From Burkholderiales bacterium (GTDB lineage: Bacteria > Pseudomonadota > Gammaproteobacteria > Burkholderiales > SG8-39): DNA of 64,000 nt. Both the position numbers and the translations under genes were made by a program. Below are positions 9,213 to 18,849 of this stretch, piece after piece. Where the stretch lies: contig JBCKKZ010000001.1 in the NCBI GenBank assembly GCA_038904015.1, positions 14,906 to 78,905 on the forward strand. The letters are read 5' to 3'. Every line of letters begins with the position of its first letter. The first letter of the stretch is position 1. The notes under the pieces are model-generated. The model was not told where the DNA came from and ran no database searches. It was given only the letters and a program-made list of their open reading frames with translations.

Positions 9213-9467
9213 ATGCCGGAACTGCGAATTTCGACCACCGTGGCGCGGCGCATCGCCCGCATCGCGGCGCGCAACAGGCGCCCTCGGCAGCGCGTGCTGG
9301 AAGACGCCCTCAAGGCCGGGCTCGACTACGAGGGCTGGTTCCGGCGGGCGGTGGCGAAGGGGCTGGCGGACCTGGACGCGGGCCTGACGCTCTCGCATCG
9401 GCAAGTCCTGGAAAATCTCGCGCGCAGGAAAGCCGCGCTTGCCCGCACGCTCAAGAAAGCGGCTTGA
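9213..9467 (+). CDS. Ribbon-helix-helix (CopG/ParD-like) antitoxin-type protein, no toxin partner
   Basis: GGAGA RBS 7 nt upstream. MPELRISTTVARRIARIAARNRRPRQRVLEDALKAGL..., then GLADLDAGLTLSHRQVLENL. Confidence 0.5.
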   Translation: MPELRISTTVARRIARIAARNRRPRQRVLEDALKAGLDYEGWFRRAVAKGLADLDAGLTLSHRQVLENLARRKAALARTLKKAA

Positions 9468-9507
9468 GGTGCACATGTTGGTCAGGTAAGATGGTCACAT
9501 ACAAAAG

Positions 9508-9744
9508 GTGTCCGCCATGTCCCAATTCAATATCGCCGAAGCCAAGATGCATTTCTCGGAACTGGTGCAAAAAGCCATGCTGGGGGAAGAGGTGATCATC
9601 GCCAGGGACAACAAGCCCGTGCTCAAGCTGGTGGCGCTGAACAAGCCTCGACAGCCGCGCAAACCGGGCTCCGGCAAAGGGCAGATCCTGCATATCGCGC
9701 CTGATTTCGATGCCATCCCGGAAGGCTTCGACGCTTATATCTGA
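9508..9744 (+). CDS. Phd/YefM-family antitoxin
   Basis: SQFNIAEAKMHFSELVQKAMLGEEVIIARDNKPVLKLV. Its stop is immediately adjacent to the start of the PIN gene. Confidence 0.8.
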   Translation: MSAMSQFNIAEAKMHFSELVQKAMLGEEVIIARDNKPVLKLVALNKPRQPRKPGSGKGQILHIAPDFDAIPEGFDAYI

Positions 9745-10130
9745 TGCGCGTTCTCATCGACACGCACGTGTTCTTGTGGTGGGTGGAAGGGGACAGACAG
9801 CTGCCCGCCAAAGCGCGCGCGGCGCTCTCGGACCCGGATAACGAGTGCCTGTTCAGCCTGGCGAGCGTATGGGAGCTCGCGATCAAGGCGGGTCTGGGCA
9901 AGCTCAGGCTTGCGCTTCCGGTGCAGCGTTACGTTGTCGAGCACATGGCGGCCAACGGCTTCCGGCTGCTGGATATCCGCGTCCCGCATCTCGGCCGTGT
10001 TGAATCGCTCGCCAAACACCATCGCGACCCGTTTGACCGGTTGCTTATCGCGCAAGCAATGGAAGAGAAATTGCCGGTGGTTACCTCAGACCCATGGTTC
10101 GCGAAATATGGCGTAAGGCGAATCTGGTAG
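9744..10130 (+). CDS. vapC: PIN-domain toxin VapC
   Basis: MRVLIDTHVFLWW...SVWELAIK...HHRDPFDRLLIAQA, the acidic PIN signature. Confidence 0.85.
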   Translation: MRVLIDTHVFLWWVEGDRQLPAKARAALSDPDNECLFSLASVWELAIKAGLGKLRLALPVQRYVVEHMAANGFRLLDIRVPHLGRVESLAKHHRDPFDRLLIAQAMEEKLPVVTSDPWFAKYGVRRIW

Positions 10131-10200
10131 GACAAGTGCGCGCTGTAGCCGCGCCGGCATGAGGAAGCGAAGTATACGCAAGCATCAACACAGGCATGTA

Positions 10201-10239
10201 TCAACAATGTTGACACGTACGGGGGTTGCCCGCTAGCAT
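10201..10239 (+). promoter_or_regulatory. Putative mazEF promoter with overlapping palindrome
   Basis: TCAACAATGTTGA palindrome (10201-10213) overlaps TTGACA (10210-10215). An 18-nt spacer precedes TAGCAT (10234-10239). The ATG is at 10246. Confidence 0.4.
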
Positions 10240-10245
10240 ATCGCT

Positions 10246-10488
10246 ATGGAAGTTCTGGTGAAAAAATGGGGCAACAGCGCTGCGGTCCGCATCCCGGCTG
10301 CGATCGTGGCGGCGGCGCATCTGACGCTTGACCAGCTCGTGGACGTCAGGGAAGAGCAGGGTCGAATCGTGATCGAACCCAGGCGGGGCAGGGTTTTTGC
10401 GCTGGCCGACCTCGTGGGCCGCATATCGCGAGACAATCTGCACGATTCCATCGATACCGGGGCGGCGGTTGGCCGCGAGATCTGGTGA
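10246..10488 (+). CDS. mazE: MazE (AbrB/SpoVT-type) antitoxin
   Basis: MEVLVKKWGNSAAVRIPAAIVAAAHL...; 4-nt overlap with the toxin gene. Confidence 0.85.
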   Translation: MEVLVKKWGNSAAVRIPAAIVAAAHLTLDQLVDVREEQGRIVIEPRRGRVFALADLVGRISRDNLHDSIDTGAAVGREIW

Positions 10489-10820
10489 TGGCGCGTGCCT
10501 ATGTTCCGCACACGGGCGACATCGTCTGGCTGGCATTTTCCCCGCAGGCAGGCCGCGAACAAGCCGGGCATCGGCCGGCGCTGGTTCTCAGCCCGGCGAG
10601 CTACAACGGCAAGACAGGCATGATGATCTGCTGCCCCATGACCACGCAGGTCAAAGGCTATCCATTCGAGGTGGTGGTCGGCAATCCCCCAAGCGCGATA
10701 CTTTCGGACCAGGTAAAGAGCCTGGATTGGCGGGCACGCCGTGCGAAGCGCAAGGGAACGGTCGCTGCCGATGCGCTCGGTGAAGTGCGAGGCAAGATCA
10801 AGGCGCTCATCGGAACATGA
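10485..10820 (+). CDS. mazF: MazF/PemK endoribonuclease toxin
   Basis: [32 protein letters not shown]...[14 protein letters not shown]...[11 protein letters not shown]. Confidence 0.85.
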   Translation: MMARAYVPHTGDIVWLAFSPQAGREQAGHRPALVLSPASYNGKTGMMICCPMTTQVKGYPFEVVVGNPPSAILSDQVKSLDWRARRAKRKGTVAADALGEVRGKIKALIGT

Positions 10821-10827
10821 TGCAAGC

Positions 10828-11207
10828 ATGAGTTCGAAAGGCCCGCGCAGGACGGTACTGGTGACCGGCGGCGCCGGCTTCATCGGCTCGCACCTGTGCG
10901 ATCGCCTGATCGCCGATGGGCACGACGTGCTGTGCGTTGGTGGAGGCGCTGGTGCGCCTGATGGCGACGGCGGATTCCTTGACCGGCCCCGTGAACCTCG
11001 GCAACCCGGCCGAATTCACCATCCTCGAGCTCGCCGAGAAGGTCATTTCGCTCATCAAGTCGAAATCAAAGCTGGTGCGCCGCCCGCGGCCGAGCGACGA
11101 TCCGATGCAGCGCAAGCCCGATATCGCGCTCCCGAAGAAGCGGTTGCATTGGATGCCGCGGACGCAGATCGATGCCGGGCTTCTAGCGACCATCCGTTAC
11201 TTCGGTA
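10828..11207 (+). pseudogene. Chimeric stump: galE codons 1-15 fused to uxs codons 16-37, joined to a divergent uxs 3' end after an internal deletion
   Basis: [15 protein letters not shown] matches the galE start at 21769. [22 protein letters not shown] is nearly identical at nucleotide level to uxs at 29440-29505. A frame jump then leads to [35 protein letters not shown]...[12 protein letters not shown]...TIRYF. Confidence 0.8.
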
Positions 11208-11214
11208 GATCTTC

Positions 11215-11440
11215 TTTGCTAAGGGCGCCACTGGCGCTGATTCCAAAATCTGCGGTGGTAACGGTCCGCTCCGGCATCAATCGGGGTCGTAAGTGGATCG
11301 TTGGCTCGAATACGCATGGCTGCTGGCTCGGACACTACGAAAGGCAGAAGCAGGAGTTGATTGGGCGACTAGTGAAACCAGGCATGACCGTGTTCGATGT
11401 GGGCGCAAACGCTGGCTTCTACACCCTGGCTTTATCTTCG
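11215..11440 (+). pseudogene. FkbM-family methyltransferase 5' fragment
   Basis: ...WLGHYERQKQELIGRLVKPGMTVFDVGANAGFYTLALS, read in frame out of the uxs stump, then breaks off. Confidence 0.5.
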
Positions 11441-11554
11441 ACTCGTGCGCTGGCGTGCGCCGGCGTGGATGATCACCACTGGTGGCCAGGCGTCACCTCG
11501 CCCGCAATGACGGTGCGATCGCGCGTGCCACGCGTGACCCAGCTGCATTTGTGG

Positions 11555-11737
11555 CTACTGACCGGACAGATAACCGAGCACCGCGTGCAGTGCGGCCCGC
11601 GTCTCGGCGAGCTTCTGCGCGCTCGGTACAAATGAGCCGGGTGTTCTCAACCTGACGTCGGCAAAGCGCGTCGGGGCCGGCACTACGTCGAAGCCAGCCT
11701 GCGCGAATAGCGGGACGGCGCGCAGCAAGTGCACCAC
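11555..11737 (-). pseudogene. DUF218 (YdcF/ElyC-like) 3' fragment
   Basis: ...LRAVPLFAQAGFDVVPAPTRF...FVPSAQKLAETRAALHAVLGYL resembles the C-terminus of that family. No N-terminal part is present. Confidence 0.35.
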
Positions 11738-11761
11738 GTCGACGCCGATCCAGCAGCGCGC

Positions 11762-12049
11762 CTACGACCTGCTCGGCGTTCGCCACATCCTGTAGCCAGA
11801 ACGGCGCAGGCGATTCGTCCCTAACCCGCGGTCCTTCGGCAATCCGGTCAAGCGCCCCGCGAGCAGCACGTTACCGGGCGCATTGGCCCATCGGAGATTG
11901 CTGGTGAGCGGAACGCAGACGAGCGTCGCAATTCGGCTCCGATTCAGCGCGTCACCCTGAACCACCACGACGGGTCGCCGCAGTCCGGGACCCGAGCCGG
12001 CGGGTTCGGGCAGATCGGCCCACCAGATCTCGCCCTGCGAGATCACCAT
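11762..12049 (-). pseudogene. MazF/PemK-type toxin with disrupted C-terminus
   Basis: MVISQGEIWWADLPEPAGSGPGLRRPVVVVQGDALNRSRIATLVCVPLTSNLRWANAPGNVLL...GLPKD, then unrelated residues. It is shorter than typical family members. Confidence 0.55.
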
Positions 12050-12279
12050 TCAATGCGCTTGAGGGCGCGGTGCGAAGCGGCAGCGACAAACCGATCCGGC
12101 TTGCCCCCGATCTCGGCACAGACACGGTCCATGGCATCGGTGACATCGTCAGGCGCGTGGCGCGCGACGTACTCCTTCAACGCGTCGCTGAAGACGCGGC
12201 TGCGTGACCTCCGCGTCCGCTGCGCGAGCTTCTGCGCGGCCGCCAAGAGGTCGTCCGGGATCGAAACGGCGGTTTTCAT
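12043..12279 (-). CDS. Ribbon-helix-helix (CopG) antitoxin of the adjacent MazF-type gene
   Basis: MKTAVSIPDDLLAAAQKLAQRTRRSRSRVFSDALKEYV... It overlaps the toxin start by 7 nt. Confidence 0.7.
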   Translation of the reverse strand: MKTAVSIPDDLLAAAQKLAQRTRRSRSRVFSDALKEYVARHAPDDVTDAMDRVCAEIGGKPDRFVAAASHRALKRIEW

Positions 12280-12403
12280 ACTGTCAGTATAACCCGGCGC
12301 CGCCACGCTCTGCCGGCCAGGATAAAGAGAGCGGGTCTTGCCCGGCGGCCGCGACAAATTCAGCCAGGCCCTTGTCGGACCGGGCGTTGCGCGATAGGAG
12401 TGC

Positions 12404-12441
12404 TTGACACATGTCAGACTGGTCTATACGCTAGTCTGACA
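12404..12441 (+). promoter_or_regulatory. Promoter and operator of phd-vapC (12461)
   Basis: TTGACA at 12404-12409. Perfect 9-bp inverted repeat TGTCAGACT (12412-12420) / AGTCTGACA (12433-12441) brackets a TATACG/TACGCT -10 region. AGGAG RBS at 12447. Confidence 0.55.
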
Positions 12442-12460
12442 GTTTCAGGAGTCAATCCGC

Positions 12461-12706
12461 ATGAAAACCGAAATCGGCGCCTATGAGGCCAAGACCAGAC
12501 TGCCCGAGCTGCTGCGGCAAGTAAAGGCGGGCAAGCGCTTTACGATCACCAATCGCGGCGAGGCGATGGCCGACCTCGTTCCCAGCGAGAGCGTGCAGCC
12601 GAAAGACAAGTCCGCCGCGGTTGAAAAGTTCAAAGCGTTCATGCGGAAAAACCCGGTGCGCGGCGTCGTGAACGTCAAGGATCTCATCGCAGAAGGCCGC
12701 GCGTGA
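12461..12706 (+). CDS. Phd/YefM-family antitoxin
   Basis: MKTEIGAYEAKTRLPELLRQVKAGKRFTITNRGEAMADLVP; 4-nt overlap with the PIN gene. Confidence 0.8.
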   Translation: MKTEIGAYEAKTRLPELLRQVKAGKRFTITNRGEAMADLVPSESVQPKDKSAAVEKFKAFMRKNPVRGVVNVKDLIAEGRA

Positions 12707-13134
12707 ACTTCGTCCTCGACGCCTCGGTGACGATATGCTGGCTGTTCCTCGACGGCAAGCCCGCCGCACGCGCCTATGCACTGAAAGTTCTGGATGCCAT
12801 GAAGCAAGCGCAGACAAGCGCGCTGGTGCCGGTGACGTGGGGGCTTGAAGTGTCCAACGTTATTGCCAAAGCGGAAGCGAAAGGTTTGGTCAGGGAGGCG
12901 CAAGGCGAAGCCTTCCTCGAAATGCTGCAGGGCGTGGACATCGGTTCGGACTCGGCAACGTTTTCCAGGGCGCTGTCGGATACGCTTCAGGTCGCACGCC
13001 GCCACCGACTCTCAGCCTACGATGCTTCGTATCTGGAGCTTGCCATGCGGGAGGGGTTGCCGCTGGCAACGCTCGATGAAGATTTGCAGAAAGCCGCCAA
13101 TAAGGCAGGTGTGAAGCGATTTGCAGTCAGATAA
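12703..13134 (+). CDS. vapC: PIN-domain toxin VapC
   Basis: MNFVLDASVTICWLF...SAYDASYLELA...LATLDEDL. Confidence 0.8.
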   Translation: MNFVLDASVTICWLFLDGKPAARAYALKVLDAMKQAQTSALVPVTWGLEVSNVIAKAEAKGLVREAQGEAFLEMLQGVDIGSDSATFSRALSDTLQVARRHRLSAYDASYLELAMREGLPLATLDEDLQKAANKAGVKRFAVR

Positions 13135-13142
13135 GCGCTCCA

Positions 13143-13280
13143 TCATGTTCGTTTCATAGAAACGCGCAGACGCAGGCCGCACAAACAATCCAGACCACGC
13201 CCATAGAACTGTACTGGTTTCAGGTAGCGCAACGTGTGCCAGTAGCGGGCCAGCGGCGCGAGAGTCTTGCCGCTCAACAT
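13143..13280 (-). pseudogene. Heparinase II/III-like protein 5' fragment
   Basis: The minus strand reads MLSGKTLAPLARYWHTLRYLKPVQFYGRGL..., the characteristic N-terminus of EPS-locus heparinase II/III-family proteins. It stops after about 45 codons. Confidence 0.4.
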
Positions 13281-13290
13281 TGCCCTCTGG

Positions 13291-13713
13291 CTACTTTTCG
13301 ACGCCAAGAGACGAGAATGGATTCCTGATCAGGAGCCCATCAATCCGCTGCCCGTCCTGCAGGTCCTCCGAGTACAGGGTATCGCACCCAGCCAACAGGG
13401 CAGCGGCGACGATCATCGAGTCATAGATAGACAAGCCGCGACGCTCGGCGACATCGAGTCCGCGCGCATGGGTCTCAACGGTGACCGGCTCGACGGCGCA
13501 AATCGACCGAATCGGTTCCAGGCACTCGCGGATCTCCGCAAGCGGCATGCGCAGTTTCCGCGACGCCACCGACGCGAACTCGTTCAACACCTGGACGCTG
13601 ACCCGGCCCCCCTCTGCGACCAACTCTTCCGCCCGTTGCGCCTTTGCAGAGTCCGCGGACAGCAGATAAAGCAGAATGTTGGTATCGAAAAACTTCTTAC
13701 TTCCCGCGCTCAT
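13291..13713 (-). CDS. vapC: PIN-domain toxin VapC
   Basis: MSAGSKKFFDTNILLYLL...VLNEF...SIYDSMIVAAALLAGCDTLYSEDL. Confidence 0.8.
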   Translation of the reverse strand: MSAGSKKFFDTNILLYLLSADSAKAQRAEELVAEGGRVSVQVLNEFASVASRKLRMPLAEIRECLEPIRSICAVEPVTVETHARGLDVAERRGLSIYDSMIVAAALLAGCDTLYSEDLQDGQRIDGLLIRNPFSSLGVEK

Positions 13714-13933
13714 GCGCTTCGAGGCGATCAAACCTGAAATCGGCCGGGAGACGCCCACGGTATTTTCTCAGCCGCGCCAGGAGTTCTCGCGCACCCGGTT
13801 TCCTCCTCACTTCCAGGGAACGGGCGCCGGCAACGCCAATCTCGATGTCGTCGCCCTCCTTGAGGTCCAGGGCCTCCACCACCGCAGCCGGCAAACGCAG
13901 CGCCAGGCTATTTCCCCACTTTGCCACATGCAT
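13697..13933 (-). CDS. vapB: AbrB/SpoVT-type antitoxin VapB
   Basis: MHVAKWGNSLALRLPAAVVEALDLKEGDDIEI. It overlaps the vapC start. Confidence 0.8.
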   Translation of the reverse strand: MHVAKWGNSLALRLPAAVVEALDLKEGDDIEIGVAGARSLEVRRKPGARELLARLRKYRGRLPADFRFDRLEAHERGK

Positions 13934-13952
13934 GGCATCCTCCGCCTAAGAA

Positions 13953-13977
13953 GATATACATTTTTGGATTGTATATC
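13953..13977. promoter_or_regulatory. Inverted repeat GATATACA-N9-TGTATATC upstream of vapB (13933)
   Basis: Perfect 8-bp arms at 13953-13960 and 13970-13977 in an AT-rich patch 20-45 nt upstream of the vapB start. Confidence 0.4.
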
Positions 13978-14049
13978 ATAGCCTGGCGCCAAAAATTCAA
14001 TGAGCTAAACCCGGGTTGGGCGCTCGGCGGCGAACCCCGGACATTCAGC

Positions 14050-14436
14050 CTAGATGTGAATGACCGAATCCGAGTAGCGCGCGACGATTGGATCATGCGT
14101 CATCAGCCTCAGCGGCTCAACAATGGCTTGGGCGACGAGAATACGGTCGAACGGATCCTGATGATGTGGTGGCAGCGTCTCGACCGCGGCCGCGTGAGCT
14201 GCGGTCACGGGGAGCAGCTGGTAGCCTGCGCCGTCAAAGAAATTCAGCGCTTCACGTGCCGAGACAGGCATTTCGCCGCGTCCGAGTGAATGCTTGATGG
14301 CGATTTCCCAAATGCTCGCAGCGCTGATCCAGATATTGTTTTGAGTCGAGGCGATTTGCGCCCGCGCTTCCGTCGGCAGCCGCGGGCTATCCACGATCGC
14401 CCACAACGCAACGTGCGTATCCAGCAGCAGATTCAA
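14050..14436 (-). CDS. vapC: PIN-domain toxin VapC
   Basis: MNLLLDTHVALWAI...SIWEIAIK...HHQDPFDRILVAQA. It belongs to the same subfamily as 9744-10130. Confidence 0.85.
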   Translation of the reverse strand: MNLLLDTHVALWAIVDSPRLPTEARAQIASTQNNIWISAASIWEIAIKHSLGRGEMPVSAREALNFFDGAGYQLLPVTAAHAAAVETLPPHHQDPFDRILVAQAIVEPLRLMTHDPIVARYSDSVIHI

Positions 14437-14681
14437 GGCGCTGCGCCACCTTGAAACAAACGGGCGACTGCATCATTGTTCGCGTCGATGGTGTCGGGCA
14501 CCTCGAAGGAACCCTTCGCGATACCCAAACGCAGACCCGCCTTGGTGGCGCCGATGGGAACCAATTTCGCCGCAGGCCGGCCATTGCGGGCAATGATGAT
14601 TTCTTGCTCGCGCCCTTGCTCAATAGCAGCTACCAGGCGGGATAACGTGGATTTGGCTTCCAACATATTGACAGATTGCAT
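14433..14681 (-). CDS. Phd/YefM-family antitoxin
   Basis: MQSVNMLEAKSTLSRLVAAIEQGREQEIIIARNGRPAAKLVP; 4-nt overlap with vapC. Confidence 0.8.
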   Translation of the reverse strand: MQSVNMLEAKSTLSRLVAAIEQGREQEIIIARNGRPAAKLVPIGATKAGLRLGIAKGSFEVPDTIDANNDAVARLFQGGAAP

Positions 14682-14989
14682 CGCAACCTCCTTCTGTGAT
14701 GCTTAGTCTAGTCTGGCTAAGTTATGGCGTCAAGTTTACTGATCGTGGTCAATCTACGAAGGGCGGCGGCGAAGCAAAGCAGTTTGCTTCGCCGAAACCC
14801 CACCTCCCGTGTCCCCGACCAGATCGGGGATCCAGCGGCGTTCCTGTACTCACATACCACCGGGAATAAGACCCTACGCCTTCGGCTTCGACGCCACCTG
14901 CCCAAGCATCGACGTCGTCTCCGGCATCACACTGAACTGCGGCATGCTCTTGAACGCGCGGCACCTGCCGTGGCCCCCACCAATGCCAA

Positions 14990-15184
14990 CAAAATCTTGT
15001 ACTGATCCCACATACCGCTTTCACGCGCCACATAGGCAAAGGCAGCGAAGGCAACGAGCGCAACACCGCCAGAATTACCGTCGATGCCATCGATCATGTT
15101 GATGGCATTGATGACACCGATCACAGCGGACACGGACATCGGCACCACAAATATCCACATGCTGATCGACCGCCATCCAAGCAA
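14990..15184 (-). pseudogene. Fragment of a WecA/MraY-type (GT4 polyprenyl-phosphate sugar-phosphate transferase) gene
   Basis: ...VIGVINAINMIDGIDGNSGGVALVAFAAF... is the signature NxxNxxDGIDGL loop. Only about 65 residues remain. Confidence 0.5.
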
Positions 15185-15248
15185 CTCGCCGACAGTATTC
15201 AGTTGGACATCCGCGAGATAAGAAGTGGCTCCGACCGACCGCCGTAGA

Positions 15249-15734
15249 CTACTCTTTCCGGTTCCGCGTACCGGACCCGAGCGTTTTCACCAGCCGCATA
15301 TCGAAGGGAAACTTGGCAACGCCCACGATAGCGAGCCGTGCCGCATCGCGATGCGTCGGATTGATGAGCCAGTTCCTGGAATTCGGCACGATGGCGCTCG
15401 GCACGCTCAGCAACGCGGCCCTGCCCTGGCGCAGCCATGCATCGCCGATGGCTCTGGTCATCGCGATATCCTGGAACCATTCCCCGACGAGAAGCGAGTC
15501 GCTTACCGTCTCGCGGAGAATTCGGTCCCGCACCTCGATTTCCAGCAGTTGATAGCGGCTTGGCATTCCACCCCAAAATTCGATTTCGAGATGCACGAGC
15601 GCTTCCAACAACGCAAGTGCAGGATGCTCAGCCGTGTAAACGATTGCGTGGCCCGGCGAGTGCCATCGCCCGCCCGCCCGTAGTCCTCCTCCGCCGGACA
15701 ACTCGGCGTGATTGCTGATGCGCCAGAGCTTCAA
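15249..15734 (-). CDS. RES-domain toxin (NAD+-targeting family)
   Basis: MKLWRISNH...GGRWHSPGHAIVYTAEHPALALLEALVHLE...LSVPSAIVP...NWLINP. Confidence 0.8.
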   Translation of the reverse strand: MKLWRISNHAELSGGGGLRAGGRWHSPGHAIVYTAEHPALALLEALVHLEIEFWGGMPSRYQLLEIEVRDRILRETVSDSLLVGEWFQDIAMTRAIGDAWLRQGRAALLSVPSAIVPNSRNWLINPTHRDAARLAIVGVAKFPFDMRLVKTLGSGTRNRKE

Positions 15735-15749
15735 GGCCGCAACGGATTG

Positions 15750-16214
15750 CTAGGCAAAGTAGCCTTCGTCAACGCGAGTCAGAAGTTCCTCGACCAAGCG
15801 CGCGCCGGCCTCCGTCCGAACCATCTCGAGCGCACACATGCCTTTGAACTGCTTCTTCGGGACGCGCAGCCAATCGAGCGCCTTGGCATGCTCGCCGAAA
15901 ACAATGTCCGCCAAGGCGACAATCCGTGCCAGACGCAACGCCCGATCGGACTCTTCGACGCTCAGCCGCTCGTTCCTGGCGATGCGGTGAGACAGCGTAC
16001 GGGGGGGAATGATGAATGCCAGATCCTCGCCGCGCATCCCTGCCGCGGCGAGGTGTCTCAATACCTGCGGCGCCAGGCCATTGCGGGCCATCGCTGCCAC
16101 CGCAAGCTCCGATTTTGGAAACGTACGCAGCCCGAGCACCTCGGCGATTCGCGTCAACAGTGAAGACCCGAATGCCGATGCCGGCTCAGGAGAGAATTCC
16201 AAGACTGCAGACAT
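15750..16214 (-). CDS. Xre/MbcA/ParS-type antitoxin (DUF2384) of the RES toxin
   Basis: Start is the ATG that is the reverse complement of 16212-16214, preceded by GAGG. The C-terminus ...WLRVPKKQFKGMCALEMVRTEAGARLVEELLTRVDEGYFA is typical of the family. Confidence 0.75.
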   Translation of the reverse strand: MSAVLEFSPEPASAFGSSLLTRIAEVLGLRTFPKSELAVAAMARNGLAPQVLRHLAAAGMRGEDLAFIIPPRTLSHRIARNERLSVEESDRALRLARIVALADIVFGEHAKALDWLRVPKKQFKGMCALEMVRTEAGARLVEELLTRVDEGYFA

Positions 16215-16304
16215 GGAGTACCTCGCAGTAGATAGCAATTTGCCTTAATCATACCGGCATCTTGCTACCACGGCAATTCGAGACAAAGCTCGAGACAAAG
16301 CGCA

Positions 16305-16700
16305 TCACGTAGTAGCAGGCGCGTGTAAGCTTGTGAGCGACCGCTTTGATCGCCGCCGGCTGTCCACGCAGCGGCTGTAGGAGGCAAATTGCCCGGCCTG
16401 GGCAAAACGCTCACTTCGACTTCGAGTCTCCCGCCGCGTTGTTCCGCGTGCTGACGCCCCCAAGCGCTGGGAAGCGAGTCTGGAACCCGCCAAGTCCGCA
16501 GGATGAACTTCCGGCGCCGGTGCCGGCGGCACGACCTCGGTGTCCCAGACCTGGGCAAACGGATCGGCTCGCGAGCGCCAATAGCGCCGAGGGTTCTGTG
16601 AGGGCAGCGTCACCGAGCTCTCGATGCGGCGCGCGGCTCGCGCTCACCGATGCCGGCCTTGGCCGCGGCCAGTTCTTGTGATCTGAGCCCGCCATCTTGA
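16305..16700 (-). pseudogene. Frameshifted 5' remnant of a DDE (integrase-core) transposase
   Basis: Two minus-strand frames give ...ELAAAKAGIGERE... and ...PRRYWRSRADPFAQVWDTEVVP.... These resemble the HTH and RxWRTRxDPF N-terminal region of a transposase family I recognise but cannot name with certainty. Confidence 0.3.
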
Positions 16701-16776
16701 ACCCCACCAACCCGGCACCGCCGGTGGCTCGTCGTCTACGGCGGTTACGCCGCCTTCGACTCCTCACCACCGGCCA

Positions 16777-16980
16777 TCATGGTTGTCGTTCGACCGGACA
16801 AGATGATTGTCGCGCCCCAGGACGGCCCATCCCGGGATGCCGTTGCAGGGCCTTCACGCCCCGCCGGATTGCCCGCACAGCCCGTCGTGCGGCGTCAGGG
16901 TTCTTGGGTGCCAGGAAAGCATGCAGTCGCGCTACATCGACATCGGCTAACCCCGGCGGCGGCCATCTCAGCCGTGGCAT
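16777..16980 (-). pseudogene. parE (RelE/ParE toxin) 5' fragment, copy C
   Basis: MPRLRWPPPGLADV..RLHAFLAPKNPDAARRAVRAIRRGVKALQRHPGMGRP, then unrelated residues. Homologous to 28798-29034. Confidence 0.6.
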
Positions 16981-17165
16981 TCAGGCGCTTGCGCATCCTC
17001 GCCCGCTTCCAGCCGTGCCAGCCAGGCGTCGGCCTCCTCGGCCGTGACGTGCAGGCCGCTCGCCTGGTAGCTCGCCCAGGCATCGAGCGCGGCCTGACGC
17101 AATGCTTCGCGCTTCTCTTCACGATCAACGTACTGCTACGGACCGGGCGGCTCGCCGCCTGTCAT
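16968..17165 (-). pseudogene. parD remnant, copy C (RHH domain deleted, in-frame TAG)
   Basis: Reverse complement reads ATG ACA GGC GGC GAG CCG CCC GGT CCG TAG, then QYVDREEKREALRQAALDAWASYQASGLHVTAEEADAWL... Confidence 0.65.
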
Positions 17166-17213
17166 CTGTCACGTGAAATACAATCCCCACCGTGGAAGGG
17201 GAGCCCGGGGGCC

Positions 17214-17862
<649 letters not shown>

Positions 17863-18109
17863 GCGGCGTGCTTGGTGATCATTTTCCGATCGCGTGTTGT
17901 AAGAGTGGCGCCCTCGCCGCAATCGGCCGTGGGGCGGCAATCCTCTAGTGCCGGCATTGGGTTCTATGGCATTGCCGCCATTACGTTCCGGGCACCCATA
18001 GCCAGAATGAGCGACAATCAGGCTTTCCTCCCCAGGGCTTCAACCATGGAACTGGCCGTGGTACTCAGCCCCGCCGAATTAGGCTAGATCTGCTCGCACG
18101 ACTGAAAAG

Positions 18110-18400
18110 ATGCGTCTCGACGAGAAAACACGCGAAGAAATCCGCCGGGCGGCATGGCGTTTCTTTGGCGCTGACGTCTACCTTTTTGGCTCGCGTGCGG
18201 ACGATGCCCGTCGCGGCGGCGATATCGATCTGTACATTGAAGCCGGGCTCTCGCCCGAGCAGGCAGTGCGCGCGCGCCTGGCAATGCTCGCGCACCTGTC
18301 CCGGCGCATCGGCGAGCGCAGAATCGACCTCGTGCTGAACACCCGCGGGCGCGACGATGGAATCTATCAGGTGGCCCGGCGCGAGGGCATCAAACTGTGA
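18110..18400 (+). CDS. Minimal nucleotidyltransferase (MntA-like antitoxin)
   Basis: YLFGSRADDARRGGDIDLYI is the GSx(n)DxD motif. 96 aa; 4-nt overlap with the HEPN gene. Confidence 0.75.
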   Translation: MRLDEKTREEIRRAAWRFFGADVYLFGSRADDARRGGDIDLYIEAGLSPEQAVRARLAMLAHLSRRIGERRIDLVLNTRGRDDGIYQVARREGIKL

Positions 18401-18849
18401 CCGCCGCCCGGCTCGGCGCGATCCTTGAGAACTGCGCACGGCACCTGCGCTACCTCAGGGCAGCACGCGCAAGGCTTCCCAGCCCGCTCGCCGCCGGGCA
18501 CCTTGCCGGGGAATCCGATGCGCTGATGGCCGCGCTTGACCAGTTCGCGTTCAGGTTCGTTCGGCTGCAGGACACCATGGGCGGAAAGCTTTTTCGCGCA
18601 TTTCTGGTTGAGGGGCTGAAGGAGCCGTACGAGGATGCGCCGTTGCGCGATGTGCTCGATCGCCTCGAGGCGCTGCGTGTGCTCGAATCGGCCGACACCT
18701 GGGAGCGGATTCGGGTCATGCGCAATGCGCTTGCGCACGACTACCCCGAATCGGCGGACGAGAAAGCGGCGGCGCTGAATCTTGCGATCGAGATGGCCGG
18801 CCAGATGGAGGCTGTCCTGCTCCGCATACGTGACGAAGCAGGGAAGTAA
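18397..18849 (+). CDS. HEPN-domain protein (HepT-like toxin)
   Basis: [11 protein letters not shown] is the Rx4H HEPN motif. 150 aa, translationally coupled to the MNT gene. Confidence 0.65.
   Translation: MTAARLGAILENCARHLRYLRAARARLPSPLAAGHLAGESDALMAALDQFAFRFVRLQDTMGGKLFRAFLVEGLKEPYEDAPLRDVLDRLEALRVLESADTWERIRVMRNALAHDYPESADEKAAALNLAIEMAGQMEAVLLRIRDEAGK

Noticed and set aside
10741-11635. ORFs 10741-11208 and 10916-11635 as genuine genes
   Set aside because: They are read-through frames across a galE::uxs chimera, a uxs 3' stump and an FkbM fragment. No single frame encodes a complete protein of any family.
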